Assembly: GCA_021813555.1 (NCBI GenBank)
Contig: JAKAKG010000120.1
Location: 1-61,167 of the forward strand
DNA length: 61,167 bases
DNA from: Acidobacteriota bacterium
Lineage (GTDB): Bacteria; Acidobacteriota; UBA4820; DSQY01
Direction: 5' to 3'
This document shows, in pieces, positions 54,133-61,167 of the stretch (position 1 is its first letter; each line of letters begins with the position of its first letter). Both the position numbers and the translations under genes were made by a program. A model generated the notes under the pieces. That model was not told the DNA's origin. It saw nothing but the letters and a program-made list of their open reading frames with translations, and did no database searches.

Positions 54133-55749
54133 ATGAGGATCTGGCGGCGAGGCGCGGTGGCGGCGGTGATCATCCTGGCGGCCCTGGCGGCTCGGGCCGA
54201 AGATGATCCCTGGCTCCGGTATGAGGCGGAAGGCGCCCGCATCGGCGCGCTGAAGATCAACGTGGCCAACGTCTTCGACCTGAGCAAACCCGACGAGGAC
54301 TACTGGCTGGGCCGCGCGGCGGACTTCATCCACATCCGGACGCGTGAGCGTGTCATCAGAGAACTCCTCCTCTTCAAGATGGGCGACAAGGTGGACGCGC
54401 CCACCATCCATGAGTCCGAGCGCCTGTTGCGGGCCCTGCCGTGGGTCCAGGACGCCACCATCACGCCCATGGCCGCGGGTCCAGGTTCGGTGCAGGCCGT
54501 GGTTTGGGTTCACGACGGCTGGAGCCTGAAGGGGAGCCTCAAATTCAGCAGCGCGGGGGGCCAGAACATCTGGCGGGTGCGCCTCCACGAAGTGAACCTG
54601 CTGGGGTACGGCAAAGAGCTCCTCCTGAGCCACGAAAAGGACACGGAGCGGACCACCGACGAATTCGCCTACGGTGACCCCCTCCTCTTCGGTTCCCGGT
54701 GGACCTTGAGCGTCGGCTACCAGAGGCTCTCCGATGGACGAGGGCGCCGCCTCCAAGTGGAGCGGCCCTTCTACGAGCTTTCGGCCCGGTGGTCCGCGGG
54801 GGTGGAGGCCTACGACACCCGCAACGTGGAGACCCTCTACACGGACGACCACAAGATCTACGCCTTCCACGCCCTCCAGCAGGACGTGACGCTCTTCGGC
54901 CGGTGGCTGTATCACTTCAACCAGCGGACGGCCTGGCGCGTGGGAGCCGAACTCCGCTCCATGCAGGCCTCCTACGGTCCTTTGACCGTCCTCCGCCCGG
55001 GAGAGCTTCCGGCGCCCGACCTCTCGCCCCGGCGCTTTCGGGGCATCTTGGGCTATTGGGGAGTGAGCCAGGACCGCTACCAAACCTTCGAGGACATTCA
55101 ATCGGTGGCGCGCACGGAGGACATCAACCTGGGGTGGGACGCGGAAATCCACGCGGGGTGGATGGGCAAGGCCCTCGGCGGTGCTGCCGACGCATGGTAC
55201 GGCCAGTTCACGGCGACCAAGGGGACGAGGCTTCGAGGCGATACGCTCCTCCTTTTCCAGGCCCAAGGCCATGGCCGCCGGGAGCGGGAGGGGGGAAGAG
55301 ACGTGCTTGGGATGGCCGAGTGGTCCCTGTACAACCAGAGCCTGCCCCGCCAGACCCTGGCGGCCGATCTCCAGCTCACGGCGGGCTACCGCCTTGATCC
55401 CGAGGACACCCTCTACATCGGCGGCTTCGACGGGCTCAGGGGCTATCCCAACCATTTCCGGACGGGGGACCGGCGTTGGCTCTTCTCGGCGGAGGACCGG
55501 ATCATCACCCCCTGGACCCTGTGGGGCCTCGCGCAGGTGGGATTCGTGGCTTACGCGGACGCGGGGGCCATGCGTCTGCCCGGGGGGCGTTTCACCAGAA
55601 CCTACGCGGACGTGGGAGGAGGCCTCCGCTTCGGCAACCTGAAGAGCACCTTCGGGCGGGTTCTCTCCCTCACAATCGCGGTGCCCCTCGTGAAGGAACC
55701 GGGCATGGACAAGTTTCAGATCGTCGTGGGCAACGTCATCCGGTTTTGA
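54133..55749 (+). CDS. Outer-membrane protein with a POTRA-like domain and an Omp85/TamA-like barrel
   Basis: IRELLLFKMGD...ESERLLR POTRA pattern; GLRGYP; C-terminal Phe. Confidence 0.8.
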   Translation: MRIWRRGAVAAVIILAALAARAEDDPWLRYEAEGARIGALKINVANVFDLSKPDEDYWLGRAADFIHIRTRERVIRELLLFKMGDKVDAPTIHESERLLRALPWVQDATITPMAAGPGSVQAVVWVHDGWSLKGSLKFSSAGGQNIWRVRLHEVNLLGYGKELLLSHEKDTERTTDEFAYGDPLLFGSRWTLSVGYQRLSDGRGRRLQVERPFYELSARWSAGVEAYDTRNVETLYTDDHKIYAFHALQQDVTLFGRWLYHFNQRTAWRVGAELRSMQASYGPLTVLRPGELPAPDLSPRRFRGILGYWGVSQDRYQTFEDIQSVARTEDINLGWDAEIHAGWMGKALGGAADAWYGQFTATKGTRLRGDTLLLFQAQGHGRREREGGRDVLGMAEWSLYNQSLPRQTLAADLQLTAGYRLDPEDTLYIGGFDGLRGYPNHFRTGDRRWLFSAEDRIITPWTLWGLAQVGFVAYADAGAMRLPGGRFTRTYADVGGGLRFGNLKSTFGRVLSLTIAVPLVKEPGMDKFQIVVGNVIRF

Positions 55750-55779
55750 GGTCCCGGCATCGACGCGCTGGCGTGCCGT

Positions 55780-56352
55780 TCAAGGCCTATCGTCCCGAGG
55801 CGGGGCCTCGGGTTCCAGGGCGTCCAGCACGTCCAGGAGCATTTGCTCCTCCGGTTGCACCCAGGCCGTGGCCGTTCCCTTCATGATGACCACCTTGATC
55901 CCGGCGCCTGTGCCCATGTGGCTCCCCGGCGGAGGATCGGCCTTCACGTGAGCTTTGAGCTTGGAGGCGCCGTCTCCCGATGGCTGCACCGTGATCGTGA
56001 CGAGCGCGCTCGCTGGAGTGTCGGGGGCGGTAAGGCTCACGGAGGGTGGGTCGGCCGCGGCGGCGGTTTTGCCGCTGGACTGGGTGTAGACGGTGGCCGT
56101 GACGGGGTAGGGTCCCCTGGTGCTTTTGCACGACATGTCCGCCCGGAAGGCGAAGGTGTCCCCGGCTTTGATGGCGGGCACCTTAAAGATCACGACCGTG
56201 ATGCCCTCCGAGTTCTTGATTACGGTGGCCGGTGGCACGGCCGTGGCCGGGTCTACGTCGTACCGAATGTGCGCCCTGTTTCCGTCCGCCCAGAGGGCCG
56301 TTATGGAAAGCAAGGCCGACAGAAGGACGACAGAGCATGCGATTCGTCTCAT
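55780..56352 (-). CDS. Hypothetical secreted protein
   Basis: Signal peptide; beta-rich mature part. Confidence 0.7.
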   Translation of the reverse strand: MRRIACSVVLLSALLSITALWADGNRAHIRYDVDPATAVPPATVIKNSEGITVVIFKVPAIKAGDTFAFRADMSCKSTRGPYPVTATVYTQSSGKTAAAADPPSVSLTAPDTPASALVTITVQPSGDGASKLKAHVKADPPPGSHMGTGAGIKVVIMKGTATAWVQPEEQMLLDVLDALEPEAPPRDDRP

Positions 56353-56429
56353 GGTTGCCTCCTCAACGGGGCAGTGCGGCTAGGATCCATATCCCGTTTC
56401 TTGAGCCTAATATGGGGCCTGCCCCCCGT

Positions 56430-56456
56430 CCGCGCAACGGGGTTAGCGTTGCGCGG
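56430..56456. promoter_or_regulatory. Perfect 10-bp inverted repeat upstream of a TATAAT box (56467-56472)
   Basis: CCGCGCAACG-7 nt-CGTTGCGCGG in the divergent intergenic region. Confidence 0.45.
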
Positions 56457-56561
56457 CTAATGTGTGTATAATCATCCACTTAAGGCTCAGGCTCGGGGGC
56501 CAAAAGGCCGAGGATGGTCCCGGCTACGGCCCCCTGCAAGAGCCTTTTCAAGGAGAACGAG

Positions 56562-57179
56562 ATGAAAGCATTCATCGCCGCCGTCGCCATCGTCCTCACC
56601 GCCGCGGGCTCATGGGCCGCCGACTCTCGCGTGCCCGCCTCCACCACGGCGCAGCCAGAGGCCGCGGCGAAACCCACCAAGAAGGCGGCGGTCGTCGTGG
56701 TGCTGGACATGGGGCGAATCATCCGGGAGTCCAACCTGTCCAAATCCATCCAGGCTGAATTCCAAACCTGGGGCGACGGCGTGCGGGCCGCCATGCAGCC
56801 CAAGGCCGAGGCCATTCGCACCAAACAAGAGGCGCTCAAGAAGGACGAGGGCAAGCTGAACGCCGATCAAAAGCAGACCCGGGAAAAGGAGATTGCTCTC
56901 CTTCAGGGGGAGCTCCAGCAGATGCAGCAGAAAGCCCAGCAGGAATACCAGCAGCGCCAACAGGCGGCGGAAGAGCGCCTGAAGGCGGCCTTTGAGCCCG
57001 TGGTGGACGCAGTGGCCAAGGAGAACGGCTGGGACGTGATTCTGAGCACGGGCGGCGACCGGCTCGTGTGGAACTCGGCCGCCGTGGACCAGACCGATCT
57101 GGTCCTCGCCCGGTTCAACTCGGCCTACACCATCCCGCCCCCCGCGGCCCCGGCGCCCGCGGCCAAACCGGCCAAGTAG
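56562..57179 (+). CDS. skp: OmpH/Skp periplasmic chaperone
   Basis: Signal peptide, VVLDMGRII, Q/E/K coiled coil, VAKENGWDVIL, DQTDLV. Confidence 0.85.
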   Translation: MKAFIAAVAIVLTAAGSWAADSRVPASTTAQPEAAAKPTKKAAVVVVLDMGRIIRESNLSKSIQAEFQTWGDGVRAAMQPKAEAIRTKQEALKKDEGKLNADQKQTREKEIALLQGELQQMQQKAQQEYQQRQQAAEERLKAAFEPVVDAVAKENGWDVILSTGGDRLVWNSAAVDQTDLVLARFNSAYTIPPPAAPAPAAKPAK

Positions 57180-57204
57180 CGCGGCACCTTCGTCGTGGAA
57201 CACC

Positions 57205-57233
57205 GCGGCCGCCCTCCCCGGGCGGCCGCTTTT
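57205..57233 (+). terminator. Intrinsic terminator
   Basis: GCGGCCGCCC-TCCCC-GGGCGGCCGC-TTTT, followed by a TTAAAAG/GTGAAAA array. Confidence 0.75.
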
Positions 57234-57291
57234 AGTTAAAAGTTAAAAGTGAAAAGAGAAAAGTGGACGGGGAGGACATGGGTGCGGCGGA

Positions 57292-58275
57292 TCAACGGAA
57301 GCTGCCGTCCTCCGTCGTGTCGCAGATCGCGCATTCCCTGCACAGGGGAATGAGATCCATGCGCCCCTCCGCGTACAGGCGACGGACGCCGCTCGCCTTG
57401 GGCGAATTCCACACGTCGGCGATGGACGACTCGCCCACGTTCCCCAGGACGACCCTCCGGGTGTAATCCGTGCAGCAAAGAACCATGTCGCCGTTCCAGA
57501 GGATGTAGGCCTGCTTGAAAAGCCGCGCGCAGCGGGCGAAACGCCGCATGGTCCCCTTTTCGGGGATCAGGCCGGGGCCCAGGGCGGTGTTGCCGCCCCG
57601 GTTTTCCAAGGGTGTCCACTGGCTCGCCACTCCCTTCTCCCGCCAAAAGGCGGCCGCCTTCTCCACGTCGATTTTGCTGGTCCGGACCATAGTAATCACG
57701 AGCTTGAACCGCCTCCGGCCCCCGGCGGCCTTCCACTTGGCGATGAGGCTGAGGGCGTTCGACATGACGTCCTCGAAATTCAGCGCCCCTCCCGTGGACG
57801 CCTCGTACCCCTCCCTGTCCACGCCCTGGATGGACAGGTAGAGGGCGTGGAGGGCATCCGCGGCGAGCAGGCCGTCCACCGTGGCCTCATCCAGAAGTGA
57901 TCCGTTGGTGGTGAGCACGAGCTTCGCCCTCGGAATCCTTTCGTGGAGGGTCCGGATTTTTTCCACCATGTCCGGGTCGAGGAAGGGCTCGTTGTTGAGG
58001 TAGGGAGAAATGCGGCGAACGTCGTGGCGAGCCATTTCGTCCACGATTTTGTGAAAGAGTTCAGGCGGCATGCGCCCCTTGGGCTGGCCCGCCGCGGTGG
58101 CGGGGTAAGGGCAGAAGACGCACGCGGCGTTGCAGGCGGAGTGGGTCTCAAATTGGACGGTCCGAGGAAACTGCGGCACGCGGCGCCGCGTGGCGCGGTT
58201 CCAGGCGCCGGCAAGGAGCGCGTCCTTCTCGGACGGCACGTAATACCGAGATTTCAGCGCTCTCCACAGGTCCAT
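57292..58275 (-). CDS. Radical SAM protein with a SPASM/twitch domain
   Basis: CNAACVFC; NNEPF; TTNG; C-terminal C...CC...CxxC. Confidence 0.92.
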   Translation of the reverse strand: MDLWRALKSRYYVPSEKDALLAGAWNRATRRRVPQFPRTVQFETHSACNAACVFCPYPATAAGQPKGRMPPELFHKIVDEMARHDVRRISPYLNNEPFLDPDMVEKIRTLHERIPRAKLVLTTNGSLLDEATVDGLLAADALHALYLSIQGVDREGYEASTGGALNFEDVMSNALSLIAKWKAAGGRRRFKLVITMVRTSKIDVEKAAAFWREKGVASQWTPLENRGGNTALGPGLIPEKGTMRRFARCARLFKQAYILWNGDMVLCCTDYTRRVVLGNVGESSIADVWNSPKASGVRRLYAEGRMDLIPLCRECAICDTTEDGSFR

Positions 58276-58294
58276 GGCTTGATGCGGCTCCGCC

Positions 58295-58999
58295 TTATCC
58301 GTTCATCTCGCGAAGGAGCGCGGCGCACGCCGCCCCCGGATCCATGGCCCCCGTCACGGGACGGCCCACCACGAGGAAGTCCGCCCCTGCCAGAACCGCG
58401 CCTCGCGGCGTAGAGACACGCTTCTGATCCTGCACGTCCGCGCCCGCAGGCCGGATGCCCGGGCAGACCGTCAGGAAGGTCGCTCCGAAGGCTCCTTTGA
58501 CGCTGGCCGCCTCCTGCACGGAGCACACCACGCCGTCCAATCCCGCCCGCTGGCCGATGCCGGCCAGCCGCAGGGCCGCCTCCTGGGTGGTTCCCAGATA
58601 GCCCACGGCGTGGATGTCGTCCACGGAAAGGCTCGTAAGGATGGTGACGCCCACCACGAGGGGCCTGGGCAGGCCCAGTTTGGAAGCTTCCTCGGCGGAC
58701 TCCTCCCGGGCCGAGGCGCACATGGCGTGGCCCCCCGAGCAGTGGACGTTGAAGAGCTGGGCCCCGGAGCGCGTCACCACGCGGGAGGCGGCGCCCACCG
58801 TGTTGGGGATGTCGTGGAGCTTCACGTCCGCGAAGACCCTGAAGCCGCGGGATCTGACCCGCTCCACCAGGGAAAGGCCGAAGGCGTACAGGGACTCGAA
58901 CCCCAGCTTGATCCAGACGGGCTGGCCGCTCAAGGCGGACAGCAGGTCCTGGAGCTTAGTCTCCTCGCGCACATCCACGGCGATGATTAACTCAGACAT
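58295..58999 (-). CDS. pyrF: Orotidine-5'-phosphate decarboxylase
   Basis: DVKLHDIPNTV, VTILTS, CPGIRP, VVGRP. Confidence 0.97.
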   Translation of the reverse strand: MSELIIAVDVREETKLQDLLSALSGQPVWIKLGFESLYAFGLSLVERVRSRGFRVFADVKLHDIPNTVGAASRVVTRSGAQLFNVHCSGGHAMCASAREESAEEASKLGLPRPLVVGVTILTSLSVDDIHAVGYLGTTQEAALRLAGIGQRAGLDGVVCSVQEAASVKGAFGATFLTVCPGIRPAGADVQDQKRVSTPRGAVLAGADFLVVGRPVTGAMDPGAACAALLREMNG

Positions 59000-59020
59000 G
59001 GACTCCTCCGAAGCGGGCCT

Positions 59021-59090
59021 ATGGGGAAGGGAGCAGGGAGCAGGGAGGAGAAAGAGCCACCTTCTCCCCGCTACCCGCTTCCGTGCTCCC
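59021..59090. repeat. Inverted GGGAGCA / CTCCCG arrays between pyrD and pyrF
   Basis: gggaagggagcagggagcagggagg ... ctccccgctacccgcttccgtgctcccg. Confidence 0.7.
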
Positions 59091-59091
59091 G

Positions 59092-60033
59092 TTACTCATG
59101 GCATTTCGGCATGGGGGCGCCATCCTTGACCTGGCCCACGAGTGATTCCACCGAAGGGAAGCCGTGGCGGGCGCAGTAGTCCTCGATGCCGCGCAGGATG
59201 GCGTAAGGGCACTGCGGGTCCACGAAGAGCGCCGTGCCCACTTGCACGGCCTTGGCTCCCGCGAGGATAAACTCAAGGGCATCCGCGGCCGTGGCCACGC
59301 CGCCGATGCCCACCACGGGGATCGTGACGGCCTTGGCCACCTGGTAGACGATGCGCACGGCGATGGGTTTGAGGGCAGGTCCGCTCAGGCCGCCGACTTT
59401 GTTGGAGATGCGAAACTCCCGCCGCTCCACGTCGATGGCCATGGCGGGCATGGTGTTGATGCACGTGAGGGCGTCCGCGCCCGCGTCCTGTGCCGCTTTC
59501 GCCGTGGCGGCCACGTCGGCGGCGTTGGGGCTGAGCTTCACCCAGAGAGGTTTCTTCGTCGCGCCGCGGCAGGCCTTGGTCACTTTGTAGACGGAGGCCG
59601 GATCCGTGCCGAACTGGATGCCGCCCTCCTGGATGTTGGGACAGGAGATGTTCATCTCCAGCGCCGCCAGCGCGGGCTCCTCGCCCAGGGCCCTGGCGGC
59701 CTCCATGTACTGGTCCACCGTGTGCCCGTAAAAGTTGGCCACGAAGGCCGTGCCGTAGGTCCGCAGCTTGGGCGCCTTTTCAGCGAGGAACCGGGAGACG
59801 CCGATGTTCTGCAGGCCGATGGCGTTGAGCATGCCCCCCTGGGTTTCCCAGATGCGCGGGGGCTTGTTGCCCTCGGAGCCGGCCATGGAGAGGCCCTTGA
59901 GGCACACCCCGCCGAGGCGGTTCAGGTCCAAGTGCGGCTCCATGTCCATGCCGTAGCCGCAGCACCCTGAGGCCAGCATGACGGGATTGTTCAGGCGCAC
60001 CGAGCCGAGGGTGACCGCGAGGTCTACTCCCAT
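59092..60033 (-). CDS. pyrD: Dihydroorotate dehydrogenase 1B, catalytic subunit
   Basis: NPVMLASG, NAIGLQN, NISCPN, KLSPN, INT, GGLSG. Confidence 0.96.
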   Translation of the reverse strand: MGVDLAVTLGSVRLNNPVMLASGCCGYGMDMEPHLDLNRLGGVCLKGLSMAGSEGNKPPRIWETQGGMLNAIGLQNIGVSRFLAEKAPKLRTYGTAFVANFYGHTVDQYMEAARALGEEPALAALEMNISCPNIQEGGIQFGTDPASVYKVTKACRGATKKPLWVKLSPNAADVAATAKAAQDAGADALTCINTMPAMAIDVERREFRISNKVGGLSGPALKPIAVRIVYQVAKAVTIPVVGIGGVATAADALEFILAGAKAVQVGTALFVDPQCPYAILRGIEDYCARHGFPSVESLVGQVKDGAPMPKCHE

Positions 60034-60800
60034 AGGACCGCCTCCCCGTCGAACACGGGCCCCTCCTGGCAGACGCGCTCGTAGACGCGAGCGCCGCCGC
60101 GCGAGATGGGGACCACGCAGCCCAGGCACACGCCGTAGCCGCACCCCATGCGGGCTTCCAGGCTCAGGTGGGAGGGGACCCGTCCCGCGCACATGCCCGC
60201 CACGGCCTTGAGCATGCCCTCGGGCCCGCAGGCGTAAACCGCCCCGAGGCCCGCGTCCAGCGCCACGGCCAGCGGGGCTGTCACCAGCCCCTTCGCACCG
60301 GCGCTTCCGTCCTCCGTCGTGCATAGAGGAGGCGTGCCCAGGGCCGCGAGGTCCTCCACGAGCAGGAGGTCGTCCTTGGTCCGGGCTCCCTGAAGGAACG
60401 CGTAGGGGATCCTCTCGGCCGCCAGGCGCCGTGCCAGGAAGACGAGGGGGGGGACACCCACGCCGCCTCCCACGAGGGCCACCGGGGGGCCGCCTGGCGC
60501 GGGAGGCATGGGGAAAGGTCGTCCCAAGGGTCCCAGGGCCGTGACCTTGTGGCCGGGCTCCAGTTCGAACAGAAGGCTCGATCCACGGCCTACGACCTTG
60601 AGAAGGAACGAGAGGGTGCCCGCCGCCGGATCCTCCCCCAGGATGGACAAGGGCCTGGGCAGGAGGGGGTCGGCGCCCCAATCCCCGCGGACCATGTAGA
60701 ACTGCCCCGGCTCCGAGGGCTCCACCTCACCTCCCACGGTGAGCGTGCAATACGGCCCCCTCCGCTCGTTGTGTAGCACGGTGTACGGTCTCACGCCCAT
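60024..60800 (-). CDS. pyrK: Dihydroorotate dehydrogenase electron-transfer subunit
   Basis: PGQF, RPLS, GGGVGVPP, ACGP, EARMGCGYGVCLGC. Confidence 0.95.
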   Translation of the reverse strand: MGVRPYTVLHNERRGPYCTLTVGGEVEPSEPGQFYMVRGDWGADPLLPRPLSILGEDPAAGTLSFLLKVVGRGSSLLFELEPGHKVTALGPLGRPFPMPPAPGGPPVALVGGGVGVPPLVFLARRLAAERIPYAFLQGARTKDDLLLVEDLAALGTPPLCTTEDGSAGAKGLVTAPLAVALDAGLGAVYACGPEGMLKAVAGMCAGRVPSHLSLEARMGCGYGVCLGCVVPISRGGARVYERVCQEGPVFDGEAVLWE

Positions 60801-61029
60801 GGCTCCCCCGACCCCAAAAGTATACACCACCGAGCCGCGGCGGCCTCGCCTCGCGGGCGGACTGTCCGGTGGCAGGCCGCGGCCTGCCGGTGTCCCGCAC
60901 CCGCGGTTTGCCGAATACGTCCGGACGGCCCGGCAGGACACGAAGGGGTGCGAGGAAGGCACTCCTCCGCTCTGTCGGGGTAACAGCCTGCCGCAGCCAG
61001 CCAGGGGCGGAGTCCCTTGGGAAGCGTGG

Positions 61030-61167
61030 CGTCTCCGGCCTTGCCACATGATTCAAGCTGGTTCTGAGACTCCACACAGGGGTCCTTCCCCCTCCATAGC
61101 TTCCGCCGGCGTCCCCATCAGGTCAAGTTCGCGGGTCAAAACCATGGCGAAGGTGGCGGCGTGAACC
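61030..61167 (-). ncRNA. Rod-like structured RNA, possibly 6S RNA (5' end may lie outside the window)
   Basis: Nested pairings on the minus strand: GCC-GCCAC/GUGGC-AA-GGC, UGGUUUUGA/UCAGAACCA and GGGG/CCCC, separated by internal bubbles. Confidence 0.45.

Noticed and set aside
163-59090. Repeat arrays as CRISPR
   Set aside because: Units are 7-8 nt, contiguous and degenerate, with no unique spacers of regular length and no cas genes.
235-60681. Many long alternative-frame and antisense ORFs in the track (e.g. 235-1281, 5302-7140, 11532-13670, 21356-22990, 49573-51861)
   Set aside because: They shadow genes with clear family motifs and have Arg/Gly/Pro-rich composition, as expected from stop-poor frames in GC-rich DNA.
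1-60800. pyrE at one edge and pyrKDF at the other as a sign of a circular element or a large insertion
   Set aside because: The intervening DNA holds core genes (cysS, uvrB, thiD), with no integrase, att sites or terminal repeats; scattered pyr genes are common.
60860-60930. c-di-GMP-I riboswitch-like GGCAAACC...GGGAC on the minus strand
   Set aside because: It lacks the GNRA loop and the following GCAAAGC/receptor elements; the resemblance is only partial.

Overview
A 61 kb, GC-rich window from a diderm bacterium (Skp, a BamA/TamA-like barrel, a type IV-like pilin and an MglA-type GTPase domain are present). The gene content fits an Acidobacteriota- or Myxococcota-like lineage, but that is inference. 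Most genes are housekeeping, transport or signalling: pyrE (partial), larB, aroF, cysS, an NRAMP/MgtE-like operon, an RlmL-like methylase, a CDF transporter, an FKBP, two GGDEF proteins, chrA, yajQ, uvrB, DMT, MFS, thiD, a YtrA-type ABC module, M32 and S9 peptidases, and pyrK-pyrD-pyrF. I found no CRISPR array, rRNA, tRNA or transposase. Main leads: (1) a tightly coupled seven-gene operon of unknown function (40.0-50.2 kb), encoding a metzincin, a diheme/beta-propeller fusion, a 1548-aa TM/coiled-coil protein with a C-terminal nucleotidyltransferase-like motif, an FHA protein and proteins sharing an EspG-like unit; (2) an MglA-type GTPase fused to a GAF domain and a histidine kinase; (3) a TrmN6-like methylase fused to a Mut7-C RNase domain; (4) a Mg-type NRAMP operon with a Pro-rich leader ORF and an unlisted 37-aa membrane peptide; (5) a probable ATT start codon; (6) degenerate 7/8-mer arrays at many gene 3' ends; (7) a rod-shaped 6S-like RNA at the right edge. 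All domain assignments come from motif recognition by eye; no searches were run.
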